Assembly (NCBI RefSeq): GCF_006345805.1
Contig: NC_043006.1
Location: 54,684,001 to 54,748,000, forward strand
DNA from: Octopus sinensis
Lineage: Eukaryota
DNA: 64,000 bases
Direction of reading: 5' to 3'
Both the position numbers and the translations under genes were made by a program. Within the stretch, counting starts at the first letter, position 1, and each line of letters starts with the position of its first letter. A model generated the notes under the pieces. That model saw only the letters and a list, made by a program, of their open reading frames with translations, searched no databases and was not told the origin of the DNA. This document shows positions 63,186 through 64,000 of this stretch, piece after piece.

Positions 63186-64000
63186 TAGAAAAAACACAAA
63201 GAAAACAGATGAAAGATACTTCAACAATCATACTATTCTAGTGCCCATCAAAATTGAATTCTTTGAGAAATTTACTTTTGGGCATGCAGGAATCCAAAAG
63301 TGGAATATTACTGTGTTATAATACCTGGTCATGGGTATTTTGTATCTTTGGATAGAATATGCCATTCTCTTTATATTGGGCTATCTAGTTAAAAAATTAT
63401 GGATCATTTCTAAATCATTGTAGATCAAGTATTGAAAAGAAGGGCATCAAAAAGAAAAACTATTCATAGAACAGAAATGTGTTTCTAAAACACATTCTAC
63501 ATGGTTCTACTTTCAGATCCTTCCATTGTGGGTATAAAATTGAAGAAAAAAATATTAATTTACTCTCATAGGAAGCAATGATAAAACACTGACAAATATA
63601 CAAGAAAAAATAAGGCAGTTGTTTTTAAATGATTAATTAGAAAGAATGACATTTTGCCAATACAGCTAAGCAATTAACTAATTACATTCTCAAAATATTG
63701 AAGAAATCCTAATAGAATGATTCCTACCATCTTTTTGATTCAGACTAGCAATTTGTAAAAATGCTACCCTCTTCATCTGAGCAGCATTCTAGTAAAAGAC
63801 AAAAATTGTTTAATTTTATGGTTTTTGATCATTAGTGGCATATCAGGGAAATTTTTGATTCTTGACATTACATCTGTTGTTTAGCCTCAGGTTAGTCCAG
63901 CGCTAGCAGTTCTCTTTGGTTTTATTTTTTATTTCAAGGCCAACTTGTGTAGAAAAGCATATAATTAATCAACCCCAGTACATTATTGGCAATTCTTTTA

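Overview
Eukaryotic, very AT-rich, microsatellite-laden genomic DNA. The SINE families and (TA)n/(CA)n/(TACA)n load resemble an octopus (coleoid cephalopod) genome; this is inferred from pattern recognition, not a database hit. No long intact protein-coding ORF is present, and almost all ORF-track entries are microsatellite or repeat artefacts. The window is mostly intronic or intergenic and is filled with decayed transposons: RTE and CR1-like LINE fragments, Penelope-like elements (PLEs), several mariner, maT and Tigger DNA transposons, hAT MITEs with 8-bp TSDs, non-autonomous Helitrons, and at least four tRNA-derived SINE families. Two CpG-retaining promoter-like regions (~16.3-17.0 kb and ~30.3-34.8 kb) carry candidate first exons with tiny coding starts; the host gene(s) could not be named. 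The most notable signal is seven type I hammerhead-ribozyme motifs from about five unrelated sequence families. They include a perfect palindrome encoding a hammerhead on each strand and a Pol III tRNA-headed SINE with a PLE-like, hammerhead-bearing tail. A recurrent class of foldback palindromes sits next to or centred on microsatellites. Coordinates of decayed repeats are approximate (about +/-10-20 bp).
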